From the human T2T-CHM13v2.0 reference genome, Homo sapiens: DNA of 64,000 nucleotides. The notes beneath the pieces are model-generated. The model was given only the letters and a program-made list of their open reading frames with translations. It made no database searches and had not been told where the DNA came from. The first letter of the stretch is position 1; each line of letters starts with the position of its first letter. Of the stretch, positions 37,153 through 50,330 are shown in pieces. The translations under genes were made by a program, and so were the position numbers. The DNA is taken from NCBI RefSeq assembly GCF_009914755.1, contig NC_060932.1; one strand, written 5' to 3'.

Positions 37153-40048
37153 AAATATTTCACCAAGCACACTTGAGTGCATGCCACTGTACACATATAA
37201 AAGATAAACTAATATGAAAAAATTACTATTAAAATTATAAAACATATCAGACTCATTTTCTTTATTGCCTTGCTATTTTTTTGTTTCCTTGTAAAATATA
37301 TATATTTTATGTATAATACAGATTGCTCCATTCATTAAAGAATTTAGGGGAGCTTGCTTCCAAAAATTAGCTATGCATCTATAATTTAAAAGAATCACTG
37401 ATGAACTCATTCTGTGGGAGGGAATAAGTATTTATTATGATCTCTAATACCATTGTTAATTAATATTAAGGCAATATTATATGACATTTAAGGTAATACC
37501 TTAATTTATTGTTTGAAAATGGTTAATTTATTCAACATAATATAGGGATTACTGCAATTGTCATCATTACTTTTAATTACCCAGTAATTACAGATTCAAT
37601 GCATCCCATGTCTATCTGCCAAAAAAGGATATAATTATTTAATATAAAAACAATTGATCTTGACAAGAGTCTAAAATTAGACAAGAGTTCATAGCATCGA
37701 AAATGGTTAAGACATTATATTAATACTGAGGAATAATTTGGATCTATAACTATAGTCCATATTTTATGTAATAAGTATCAGATAAAAATTCATACCTTAT
37801 AATTTGACCGTAATATAACAGAGTGTGATTTCAGCATGGATTGTTACCACACATTCAAGATTACAAAAGCACAGATGATAGCTTTAATATCATGATGATG
37901 GGGATTATACTTCCAAAAATAGTACACTATTTCAGCTGAGTACCTTGATCAATAACACCTTAAGAGTAGAGATGCGACAGCAGAAAAAAATAGGCAGGAA
38001 GCAAATGAAGCCACCGGGTTTCTAGTTCAAGTGACAATGAGAATGAAGTCTCCAAGCAGACACAGGGAGCAGAGGAGGCATGGCAGGCTAGGAAGGGAAG
38101 ATGAGGAGGAGTTAACAAGGCTTTAGTTGTTTCATCTAGAAATAACTGCCAGGTGTAATACTCTGAAGAGAAAGATGCACTACCAATTCCTAAAAAGACA
38201 CCAAGAAAAATCCAAACCTGAATTAGAACATGGCTTTGTTCAAATAAAAACAAAAACAATACAGCTCCAAACCAAAACAAACAAGGAAAAAAGTCCCTTT
38301 GATTTTAAATTATGGGCTGCCTATATAGTTGATCTTTTCTCTATAATGCCCTATCACAGAAATGCTACTTTAACTCCCACGCACTGACACCATCATTTTT
38401 ACTGGTCTGGAATCTGAGCCACTCTGTGCCCCAAAAAAGGCCTGTGTCCTTCTCTATTCCTCCACATTTTTTACATCCTCCTGCCAGAGAACAGCAAACT
38501 GTTCAGACCCCTTTCCATATGAAGGGCCCAAATAAAACCTGTGCACATTACTCTTCCATTACCTCCTCACAAAAACCTTCCTCCAGCCACTTTCAGAAAA
38601 CAAACATTTCCATCCCAAGTCCTTCCAATGACCAACAGGAGCTCACAAAACTTGCGGAAATGTACCTTTTCTAGGACTCCACTTTCTTAAATTTAATAAC
38701 TAGTAATAAGTATTACATACTTCCTTATTATTCTGGCACTAGTCAAGATAGACCTTCAAACAATGTGAACTAATTTGTTTCCCAAGTCCTCAATTTATTT
38801 GTATTTTTATGAATTGCGTCATATTTTCCAAGAAAGTGAATCAGAAGCTAACAGCTCTCCATTAAGAACAAGAACGCTGTCCACAGCACTTTGTAAAATG
38901 CTGTGATGAGGAGTACAATTTAAATGGAATTTGGTACTATACGTGGCAGCAAAACACAGGATTTGCTGGAGGCTTTTGCTTGTTAACTTAAAACTATATT
39001 TATTTAAGGCAAGGGGCATATTATGCCTTAAAATGATATTATAGCATTCAGAGAGAATTGCAGTGATTAGAGGGCAGCAGGTCCAAAATATCAAAACTCT
39101 ATTCCCAATATTTAGAACAAGTTTCTAATTGTGGCAGAACATATTCTTTTTATTCTTGATTCTGTTTTCCAAGATGTAGATCAAAGTTAATATTTATGCA
39201 TCTCTCAAAAGTACTAGGGGAGGTAATGTATTTATGTTTCCAAACTGCTTTGAAGTTTATCTCAAAGCTTTTATTATTTACAAAGGTTTTCCTGTGTTGA
39301 TAAAATAGAAAAATTATGACTAACATCATGTTGCAAACTTAGATGGCAAAATTTTGAAATTATGTATTAAATTAGTTTGATATGTCAGAATTAATTAAGG
39401 ATGTCTAAGTCTAGATAATCCAGGTATTTAAGGTTTAAAAAGAAAAACAGTATGTCTTTTCTCAAGGTATATAGCAGGGCAAGTTCCCCAGATCAAATGT
39501 CAAAAGACGGATTCTGCAACTACTCTGAAGTTCACTTAGCCTTTGACATTTAGTTCCTCTATTTGAGAAAGCAGAGAAAAATGCATGCTTGTCTTTCCTA
39601 TTGTTGAAGGTTGATGTACCATGATCAAACTAAGTAACAAAAAATATGTAAACTTTGTGAGTATCAAGGATTCTAAAAACACAAATAATTTTTCCCTCTA
39701 CTGAAAAAAATTAATCACTTCTTCCTTTGCTGTCCAGAAAAGTAATGCTGTTTCATAATCTTACGAAACTTACTGTGTACCTGTGGTAATACCATTTGCG
39801 ATTATGTCTATCTATGCAGAAGATAAGAATTAAGCTCCTTTGATGAAGAGATTATGCCTTCTGAATCTGTACATGCTTTATCTTTCACAGATAAAGCACC
39901 CAATAAAGAGCTGAATAAATAAGTGAATGATTGATGAACCAATCATTAAAAAGCAAAATTATTAAAAAATAAGAACAAGCCCTGTGATAACAAGAAATTG
40001 AAAGAAGTAACTTTCCAGTGAAACCTATCTTTGATTTAGAACCGTCAG

Positions 40049-40245
40049 CAGTGGGGAGTTAGTAAACTGTTAACTGGCTCTCTGACGCTGCCCCTCCTAC
40101 CCAAAATAAGAGCCCTAATTTGTGTTGTTTCCTAGTTTCCAGGGTGTAGATATTTCCATTTGGCCAATTTCAAGCTCCTAATATGATACCAATGAACAGA
40201 GATTTGGGAAGCCATGTGTACAATATATTCTCATCAATCACACAA
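40049..40245 (-). mobile_element. MER63A-like hAT element
   Basis: cagtgg...gtaaa..gttaactggctctc...gccctaatttgt...ggccaatttcaagct...ttgggaag..atgtgtacaat. Confidence 0.65.
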
Positions 40246-40555
40246 CCCACCTCTGTTGCTCATGGTCACTCTTTTTGTAGTGGCTTCAACTGTACACCTA
40301 CCTCAACATTTCATTCATATTTTCTTTACTACTTTGAAACTATGTTGCTAAAATCAGGTAAGCAAACCTGACATTGGGCCTTAAATATCTTATGAAATAT
40401 TGGAGGAGTGGGGTTAAATTAGGTTATATAATTCCAAAGAAAGTTCATGAGACAAATTACTCCATTTCTGGTTGGTGGAGTTCATATAAAGTTTTCCAGA
40501 CTACTTAGTTTGGCTCAAGGACCAAAAAGAAAGGAGGATGGGAGCCATTACTTAC

Positions 40556-40704
40556 TCAATTGTGTTTCTGTCCACTTTTCCTGTCATGTTAATGCCATAG
40601 AACTGCTGCATGGCAGCTAGGGCAGACTGCATGGTCTCTGCAGAGCGCAGCACTGACATTCTGGGGTCAGTCGGTGGAAGGTAGCCGTACTTTTGTAACC
40701 AAAC
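40556..40704 (-). CDS. MMP16: MMP16 (MT3-MMP) coding exon 2, propeptide
   Basis: Minus strand: acceptor ttgcag|GTTTGG, donor ATTGA|gtaagt. 149 nt encoding VWLQKYGYLPPTDPRMSVLRSAETMQSALAAMQQFYGINMTGKVDRNTI(D), the MMP propeptide (L..YGYL, MQ.FYG..TG.D). Not in the supplied ORF track. Confidence 0.96.
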
Positions 40705-43700
40705 CTGCAATAACAAGTACAGTTTCTTTTAGATCAATTTTACAATTTAACAATAATTTTCTGGTAATTAATGTATATCTATAATAGAGTTTTGAACATT
40801 TTCTCCACAAGGGCATACAGTATTTTAAGTGTTTGATCTTTTTGTAATATATATATTATGTAGGTTAGGTTATTTTAATATAATTGCAGCGACTGTTATG
40901 GATCTTTTTGACATACCTTCTAATGTTAATTAAAAAAAGAGTAATTATTTGTTGCAAGCTTATAATGTATAACGTACTATAGCAAATACTGGATAAAAAC
41001 TTAAGTAAGATTATCCCTGTCCTCTAGGACCTCAACCTCCCAAAATGAAGGATGCTTTTTCAACAGTATGACTCTATTGAGATGTTTATGTTGCAAAGGG
41101 CAGTCAATGTGCATATACCACATTAAAAAAGCCGTCTTCCTGAAATTGACCAGTGACTCCAGCTATGACGTGTAGCATCTTTACAGATAAACCATGTTAC
41201 TCTATGACATTTTGGGTGTAAATTCCATAAAACCATTCTATCCAATCGTAGCTAGGTATCTTTTGATGACTTTACCAGGTAAAGAATATTCTTTCTTCAT
41301 TTATTTATGGTGACTCACTTTAATCTAAATCACACAAGTAACCAAGTTTTTCACCTGTAGAAGAAATCCAGCTATCATCTTAAGAGTGTTTAGACTTCTC
41401 TTTAAGGGTCTCATGATTTTTATCCCCCACCTTCCCTGGTGAAGGGGGCTCTGGGAGGACAGAGAAAGAAATCATAGTTGAATTCACATTCTAATTGTGA
41501 TTGGAGCAAAAATTCGGAGTCATTTAAGGTTAAATTTTAAAAGTTAATACAAATGCAGGGCATTTGGAAAAAAACATATATCTCCACCAGGGAGCAGATG
41601 CTTTCCAGTTTTACAACTCTATGGATTCATTTTAAATGCACAATCATATGTTCAGGCCACATCCCATCCTGCTGTCCTTTACCTCAATCTTCTATAGGGC
41701 TCTAAGATTTCTTGGAGTTTAGTGAACTACCTCTCAAATTGATAAGGGCCAAGTAATTCTGTCCCTGGCATAAAAATAGAAGCCTTGCTATTTAGTGAAA
41801 GCTATTTGCCAGCATGTGTTACCCTTCCTACCTCAGTCTATTTATCACATAAATGACCATCCTATGAAATTGTAGTTTTTCCCAAATAACTGATATTCTT
41901 CCTTTATGAACTTCAACGTCTAAAACAGGAGACATATTTTCCCAGTGAAAATAACCAGCAAATATAGAAGTTAAATTTCACCAAAAGAAACTGGTATTAA
42001 ATGTATCAAAGTCTTAAAATGTGAAACACAAAGTGGAATTTTTCATGGTATTTCCAAAAACTGACCACCTCAAAAGAACAGTACCATAAGCACATCCCCT
42101 TGAAAATAAAAAAAAAACCCAAAATTTATTCTAAAACCATTTAAGAAATGAGCAATGCATCACTGTCAGGAAGGTGTATTAGTGAAACCTAATCTAGTAA
42201 ACTCATGTACCATATAGTAAAAGCATGCCAAGACACTCTTCTCATCTAATCTGTAATGAACAGACTGCCAGGGAAAATATGAATATTCAGTTTCCTAGTT
42301 AACAGTGGTGCAGTCTGAAGTAGACTCCACTTTTTTTCTGAATGAAGGAGGCAGGCAATATTATTTAATATGAAAGTCAATACCTATTGTTAACGTAATG
42401 TCTCAAAATTAGAACGTTGTATCTTGATTTTTAATAATATACATGCACCAATATTCTTAAACTGAATGCTTTTTCCATAACACTTTGTTTGCATTCATTT
42501 CTTACTTGCTAGAGAGCTGACTTGTTGCTAGGTTACTCATGGGTGCTAAGCTACAGGCAATTACGTTTATGAGGAAAGCAAAGAGAAAACCATTAACAAT
42601 AAACCCTATGACTTATGTACAGATAGAGGAACTATAAAATATGTAAATGTTAAGTGCATAATGAACAGAATAAAAAATACATATTTGATTTATGCATTAG
42701 CCTTTCAAACAAATGTTTTAAAATAATGTAAAAAATGAATTGAGATTTTTCTTCAAGTTTTCTTTTACACTGTCACTTATGAAAGGGAGTTCTTTCTGAA
42801 TGACTGAAGAGTGGATCATTATTTTTAAGTGTAAAATACTGGGAAAGCTATGAGTTCTACCATTTTATGGTCAAGGTTTGTTTTCTGGCTAATCAAGATT
42901 GATTTGTCACCTAGGAAGCAAACCTTCCTTCCAAAGTACAAACTTATAATATCTTTTTTGATAAAAAATTACATCTATTAAGTAATATTTGAAAATGTAT
43001 CTTTCCCCTTACCCTAGTATTCTGCTATCCAAGGTTAATGACTTGGCATGTAGTCTTTGCATCTTTTTCACTGTTCTTAAAAATAAATTTTGAGATATAA
43101 ATATATATGTGAGTATGTATGTGTATCTGTAAAGATATATACATATATATCACAGATTATACCATACCCTTCCATCCTCGTATGTTTTTATTTGAAGTAT
43201 ATCCCTGTTTTCATCATTGTCTTAAAATACTTCATCTCCTGGATTATTGCAAATACTAAATTTGTCTCTTGAGACTGGTTGTGCCTTAATGTCTTTTCAA
43301 TGTTCTCAAATGCACATTATGAATAGTTAAAGAATTATCCATTCTTGTGTGCACTTGGATGAATGATATACAATTTGTAGGGGTGATGTTAGGATTAACT
43401 GAGAATACACAAAGCCCTTAGCATAATTCTTGCTCAGTAAGTCATACTATTATTTTATGCTTACCAACTACCCTGAGTTCTTAAAATCATTCCTGTTAAA
43501 CTTAAGATTTGTCTTTGGGATAGGGCAATATTAAAAATAGGTGAGGTTGAACTAGTCATAGCTGTCAGGAAAGACAAACAACATGGGGTAAGGAATCAGA
43601 GTGCTTGAAAACTCCCCAAATCCAAAGGCAAATAAGGAAGGTGTGATACATTTGACAAACTGATTTTTGTTATGTTTTCTTCATTTTGTGCTCACTAGAT

Positions 43701-44542
43701 TGAGAAGTGCTTTTGAGAACACTGAAAAAATATCAAGGGACAAACAAGTTCCTTTAAGGCAAACTTTGACTCTTTACTATCTGGGACTTACCCCATCTCA
43801 TTATCTCTAGAACAACCAACCTCAAATGAAGCAATAAAATCTCACCTTGAATTACATTCCTGTTTTACTAACTCATTCAAACATCTTGCTACCTGGTAGA
43901 CAAAACCAATTTCCAGCACTTAGTGATTATTCAGTTGGAGGAACAACCAGAAGACTGTTGTTCTCTGCAGAGTAAGATGATATATCCAGCAGTAAAAGGT
44001 AAACACTTAAATATTAAATGTTGTGCCAACAGATATTGCCTTTACTAGATTATAGTACAAATAAGGACAGGCAAACAAAATTTCAGCAAAATTCATTAAT
44101 GAATTCATTAATTCATAAATATTAGTGACAAAAATGACTTTGTCACTAATATTTCATGTGCCCATACTGTGAAAACCTATGTTAATTGACTCATTCACCC
44201 ACATATATTAAGCAGTATCCTGAAAAATGATTATATAAAAAATGGAGACAGTAGAATTTCTCACCACTAAGAGCAAATCTAAGCAGTAATTTTTTAAAAT
44301 ATGTATCCTTATTTATTCCTTCAGGCCAATACTACAACCTAGAGAAATAAAATTCCCTCTAGCCTTGAAGCTAGTAAGTTTATCAATGTCTTAATATAAA
44401 GCTAGATACTGTTATTCATTTGCTTAGATGAAACACAAATGCAAGAACAATTTTTAAACTTCCCCACTGACAGGACATAACATATAGAGAAAACATCTTG
44501 AAATACTGACTCTGATTAATTGCACACATCCTTTCCCCCACC

Positions 44543-44569
44543 AAAAAAAAAAAAAAAAAAAAAAAAAAA
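44543..44569. repeat. A27 mononucleotide run
   Basis: Read directly. No Alu or L1 body is recognisable beside it. Confidence 0.9.
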
Positions 44570-46502
44570 TGGAATAAGTGAATAGGTGATTAAACTACTG
44601 AATATATTAGGGCTAGAAGAGATACATTTTAGAAATTATAGAAATAATTGAAGGGGAATATAAGGAAGGCTGTGTTAGGATTTTATTTAATCTGAAAAAT
44701 CACTTTGCCAGTCCACAATGCCTATTTGTGACTGAATTAGTTATTTCAGGTTATTTCAAGTATAGTTAATTTCCACCTAATGTGGTATGGCAAATGCAAG
44801 TTCCTTGTACCCTGTGATTATATGATCCAAAGTACAGTACTCATATGAATAGAAAAGTGCAAAGGTGATAAATTTATTTTATAGCATTTATTTAGTAAGA
44901 ATCTCTTCCATTTACTTGATTATGTAAACATTTTTATTATTTTGGGAAACAATTTTTTTAAATTACTGACTTCACCTCAAATTTTAACATACTAACAAAA
45001 TGTTTAAATCTATGATGTTTAAAATATATTCTGATATAATTAACTGACTTTCTCAGATGAAATTCAACTGAAAGAATGCATTTTAACAGATAACTTCTCA
45101 ATGTTATAAAACATTAATTTCCATTTTTCAGTATGAGACTTATAAACGCACTGGCTAAATTTTGTTACAAAGTAAAATTAACTAACAACTAAAAGGTGAT
45201 GGCCCCTCTATTTTGTGGTATCATCAGCAAAGGCAGTAACAGCTTAAGGACTTTTTTTCCAGAAATACCATATACTTACTGGTTTTAAAAAGTGGCAGGA
45301 TTTGTGGCCTACATTTTCTCGTCTAAAAATGGCTATAAATGTGAATTATAACTACCTATTAGCCAAAAAATTAAACTCACGTTGGAGTAATCATTCAGAA
45401 TTGGTCAAATTGAAGATTCATAGGATAAGTTCACAAGGCAGAAATTAGCCTTTTTCTTCATTCAAAAACCTAAATGGGCTCTAAATCACCATCCCATCCC
45501 CAGCATGAATGGATTAGTGTACGAAATTGCACAAATAGAATTCAATTCACTTAGAATTTTACCATCTCTTTAATGGCTTCTTGAAATGGAAAGGAAATAG
45601 TGAAACAACCAAAAGTTACTCCACTAAACATCTTATCAATTAAGAGGCAACTGTCATTTGGACAGGAAGAGAAGAAAACAGCTGAGTTATACTAAAAGTT
45701 GTGATGACCGTGATGATCATATTTTATACCTTAACAGGAAACTCATTTATGATAGAAGCCAATTACTTATGGTGTCAATGCTGTGGAGAGGTTTTCCAAT
45801 CTGCATAAAGTGAGTTACACTTCGTAGTAGCTGTGGGAGCAAAACCCCTCAAACGGTAATGGCTGAGCCCCAGTGTTAAAAAGAGAGCAGTGCCCTTACC
45901 TGAAATTCCATTATGTGCTAGTCATCAGGCTGGAAAGTTGCAGAAGACTATGATATGCCATCTGCTCAGATTTTACTGTTTTTTTTTCTTCTAAGTTGTT
46001 TAGATTTTTTAAAGAAAGATTTATAGTGTACATGCACATACACACACACACACATAAATGGTGACAAAACAAGACCAAAATAAAAGCAAAACACAACCAA
46101 TGATAAACAATAACAAAGCATGTATATGATACCACAACCCCTATATTTCTGAAGTAGACAGAAATAATTACCAAAAAACTAACTACCTGTAATAATCATT
46201 GACATGATGCTACTTTATATCACAATTACCTAAAAACTCAAAACAGTAAAATCCCCCTCAAATTTGTGTCTTTTCACACTAGCCAAGTGAAGAGAAATGC
46301 TGAACAATGCACCAGGTAAACGTTCTAAAAGCACTTACTTGAGTCTGTCATGTGAGTCACAGACTCAACTCGCCTTTATTTACTGGGAGCAGATTCAGTT
46401 TCATTGACACCAAAAATACAAAAAAGAAATTAATCTCAATTAAACTTGCAAAGTGGGGGGTGCAAAATGTCCCACTGAGATGAAGGTACAAAATACCAGA
46501 AC

Positions 46503-46805
46503 TTCTTTTTTTTTTTTTTTTTTTTGAGACAGAGTCTCGCTCTGTCACTAGGCTGGAGTGCAGTGGTGTAATCTTGGCTCACTTCAACCTCCGTCACCCG
46601 GGTTCAAGGCATCCTCCTGCCTCAGCCTCCCGAGTAGGTGGGACTATAGGTGCCTGCCACCACGGCCAGCAATTTTTTTGTATTTTTAGTAGAGACGAGT
46701 TTCAACATGTTGGCCAGGATGGTCTCGATCTCTTGACCTCGTGATCCACCCACCTCGTCCTCCCAAAGTGCTGGGATTACAGGCATGAGCTACTGCGCCC
46801 GGCCA
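46503..46805 (-). mobile_element. AluS (Sc-like)
   Basis: ggatggtctcgatctcttgacctcgtgatcc. TSD aataccagaac on both sides. Confidence 0.92.
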
Positions 46806-49684
46806 ATACCAGAACATTTTATAAAATGCGCACATCCACACATGCATGCATGAGCATAACTGTAGATTAAACCTAATATAAGAAGAAATAAACTTGACTT
46901 TTACTTAATATACAGACTAACCAAACTTCATACATTCATCACCACTAGATGTCCTAAAGGAGGAGCTGGAGTTCCACAGTGCAAAGAGTTTCACATTGTC
47001 ACCTCAACAGGCACAATACAACATATAGCTATTTTTCTGTGCCAGGTTACATGGATTTATGAATTATATCATCTTACAGAAAAGAAATTTTATAATACTT
47101 TCAAATATGATGGGGAGTGACTAAGAAAATATTTTGTGCTATATAGATGTTTGCTGGTTGTTTCATAGCAAGGTACTTATAAGTTGTCAAACTTAAATGA
47201 GTTATGTATTTTCTTTTACGAAAAGACAAAAGTGCTGTCCTTTTCTGTGAAGACAAGTAGCTGCAAATAGTGTGCTATTCAATAGCTATTTTGGGATATG
47301 AGAAACAAAAATCTTTTAATCTGTACCATCAAGATAAAAGTGATGTTTTTCCAATGCAAGAGAAAAGAAATTGTTTTTCAAGGAAAGATATGCCATGCCA
47401 ACTATTTTTAAAGACAGATGTTTGGAAATGTTTCTATCATCACATGACATTACACTCAGAAAGACAGAAATTCATGACCTATTCCAACTGTCATAATTCC
47501 CTACTTTAAAATCCCAGCAACAGAATTTTCCATCTGTAAAATAATCTGCCGAAAGAACAGTTGCAGAGGGTTTTAAGCCCATTTGTTAAAAATATAAAAA
47601 TGCAACACCTTTTGATTGGTTTTTAGAATGAACTGATAGACATCAGAGAAAATGGTAATTTACCTGCTGAATTTTACCAAAAGCCTTTACAGAATTGAGG
47701 GATAGCATTACAAAATAAGGCTCATGATTTATAACCAGCTAATGATGCAACTTCTCCAGGATCCTGTGTGGTGTCATTTTTGGCTATGACTATTTTTAAG
47801 ATAAAGATTATAAATAAACTGATCTTGAAATTGCTGTATTTCAAAGTGTTAAATCAGCATTTTAAAGAAGAATAAGGAAGAGTCAGTCAAAGAACTCTCA
47901 AAAAAATGATTAATAACATTTCTAATAAGAGCAAAACAATGTAAATATAATTCATAAATAAAAAATAAAAATTATTTTAAAACACATCTTTAGTTCACCT
48001 TAATATTTCTATTATAATGTTCTACAATATACATAATTTTAGTGATTTAGTTAATGAATATAATTATAAGTAAAACAGGGTACATTTTAAAAATTAAGAT
48101 GTACAATAAAAAGTGTAGAGATCATAAAGCTGATAGAAACTACTTTATTTCTAAAAAAGAAGCTATTTCCTTAAATTCTCTCCAATGTGCCACACTTACT
48201 CTCCTGAAAAGGTGAGAAAGCAGTTTATCAATATCTAGATATTAGATTCTATTCTGACTATGACAATTCTCAAGCTTTTCCTTTTCCATCATGCACTACT
48301 GAAGCTGCCCGTATCCTACAGAAACAATTTCTTAGAATGCCTTCCAAGCCATGTATGATTTTGTCTCTCAAACTATTCCCTTGCTGCTTTCCTCCACAGA
48401 ATCTGTTCTTTGGTCACATTGAACTTCCAGTTCCACTCCCAGCAGGTCTCCATAAAAACAACTGCTAGCATGCCTTTACTGCCCATTATGTACCAGGCAA
48501 TTTACATGCATTATCTTTAATCCTTATAGTAAGTTCTCATATTCAGCACTATAACCTCTGTAATGATGAAATAAAACCCCAGAAAAAATAGGTAACTTGC
48601 TCAAGGACACATCAATAGTAAAAAGGAGGAATCAGTATTCAAATAGAGACCTGACTGACACCAAGCTTGGCTCTGTTAATTTAGACTGCCTTTTAGAGAG
48701 AGGAGACCCAGCTGCCTGTCTGTATGCTGGAAAGCCTAGGAGACCCTATTCATGTTAAAAAAATGAGAAGGCAGACTGTCTGAAAAGATACCTACAATAA
48801 CCAAGAATGTTCAGTTTTTATGCAAACAAAACACCCTGTTTTGCACCATGAAAGGGCACTGAGCTGTGGCTGCATATGTTCTGGGTATAACACTAACTCC
48901 TACTTCTAAGAGCTTCTCTAATTGCCAGTGCAAAACAGCCTTGCATGGTCCAATTTGCCCAGCCTAATTAATATTCTTATTTCTATGCTAGAGTATTTCA
49001 CTTACGGCCATTTCAGTTTTACAGTTTAAAAAACCACTGAAACCTTCTTTGCCAGAGACACCCTTTCTTCTCACTTTATTCTTTAACAGCACTTTCTTAC
49101 TATAGTCTCAAGGTTGCTAGTATCTACAGATGACCAGCAACCTTGGTTATCTTCTCTAAAATTAATCACTTAAATACAATCTATGCACCTATGACACACC
49201 ATTTAACTGTAATTCTGACCTCAGCCAAATGTCCAGACTCTGAGATCACACTGCTGTTTAAATAAAAAATACAGCATTCTTCACTTCTTCTTTTTACTCA
49301 TAATCGATATCAGTCATTCTTTTTTCTTTTACCTCATCATCGATATCCAATCCATCATCAGGTTTTAGCTACAATTTTATCTCGAATGGAAATACTTATT
49401 TCTGCTGCCACTCCTTTGTCAAGGAAACAATCATTTTCCACAAGAAACTACAAGATTCTCCAGCTGGCCTCTGTGTTTTCATATTGCTACCATCTCTCTC
49501 ATTGCCCAACTAGGGTAAGTTGCCTTTTTTTAAATTGTGGTAAAAAAAATATATAATCTAAATTTATCATTTTAACAATTTTCAAGGATGCACTTTGATG
49601 GTGTTAAGTACACTGACACTGTTATACAATCAGCACTACCATCCATTCTTGAACTTTTTCATCACCCCAAACTGAAACTATATA

Positions 49685-50277
49685 TAGAAAAGTCCTCAAA
49701 TAATGTTTTTCTCAATGTGGTTTCGTTATGATGATGATGATAAAAAAAAATAAATTCCCAGCTGGGGCCACTGTTTGTGTGGAGATTGCATGTTCTCCCC
49801 ATGTTTGTGTGAGTTTTCTCTGGGTATTTAGGTGTCCTCCTACATCCCAGAGATGTGCCTGTTAGGAAACCGCATGTCTAAATGATCCCAGTCAGAGTGA
49901 GGGAGGGTGTGAGTGCGCCCTGCAAGGGGATGGCATCCTGTCCAGGGTCTGTTCACGCCTTGTGCCCTAAGCTGCTGGATAGGCTCTGGCCATCTGTGAT
50001 TCTAAGCTGGAATAATTGGATACATAATTATCTTACTTTTTATTAATCTTAAATGTTATGTATAGCTTACATTTATTTCAGTGTTTAATATCAGAAGTGT
50101 TTTGGTCTTTATTTAGAAGTCTGGTGATGGTTTTTGTGACCAGAAATATGCTGTAGGAACTTAACTCTTACTTGTATCAATTAGCCTATGATAAAATTGG
50201 TTATGTTACACATCATTTCACTTAAAGATGAAGTTTTCAAGAGTGTATCTATGATGACATTAAATAAAGACTTACTG
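49685..50277 (+). mobile_element. MER6A (TcMar-Tigger)
   Basis: agtcctcaaataatg...ggggccactgtttgtgtggagattgcatgttctcccc...gacttactg. About 590 bp. Confidence 0.82.
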
Positions 50278-50330
50278 TGATCATTAAATAGTGACTCCAC
50301 ATTATTGCTTCTCCCAGCCTCTGGTAACTA

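Noticed and set aside
37960-38280. Purine-rich, less AT-rich stretch with a 106-aa ORF
   Set aside because: No recognisable domain, no ATG start and no convincing splice-site pair.
39003-39032. Small alternative hairpins (tttaaggca/tgccttaaa, ggcata/tatgcc)
   Set aside because: 9-bp arms are within chance expectation for this window.
44543-44569. A27 as the tail of a processed pseudogene
   Set aside because: No upstream body, poly(A) signal or convincing TSD recognised.
46353-46359. AP-1 heptamer TGAGTCA (others at ~34316 and ~41311)
   Set aside because: Several are expected by chance in 64 kb, and nothing else supports function.
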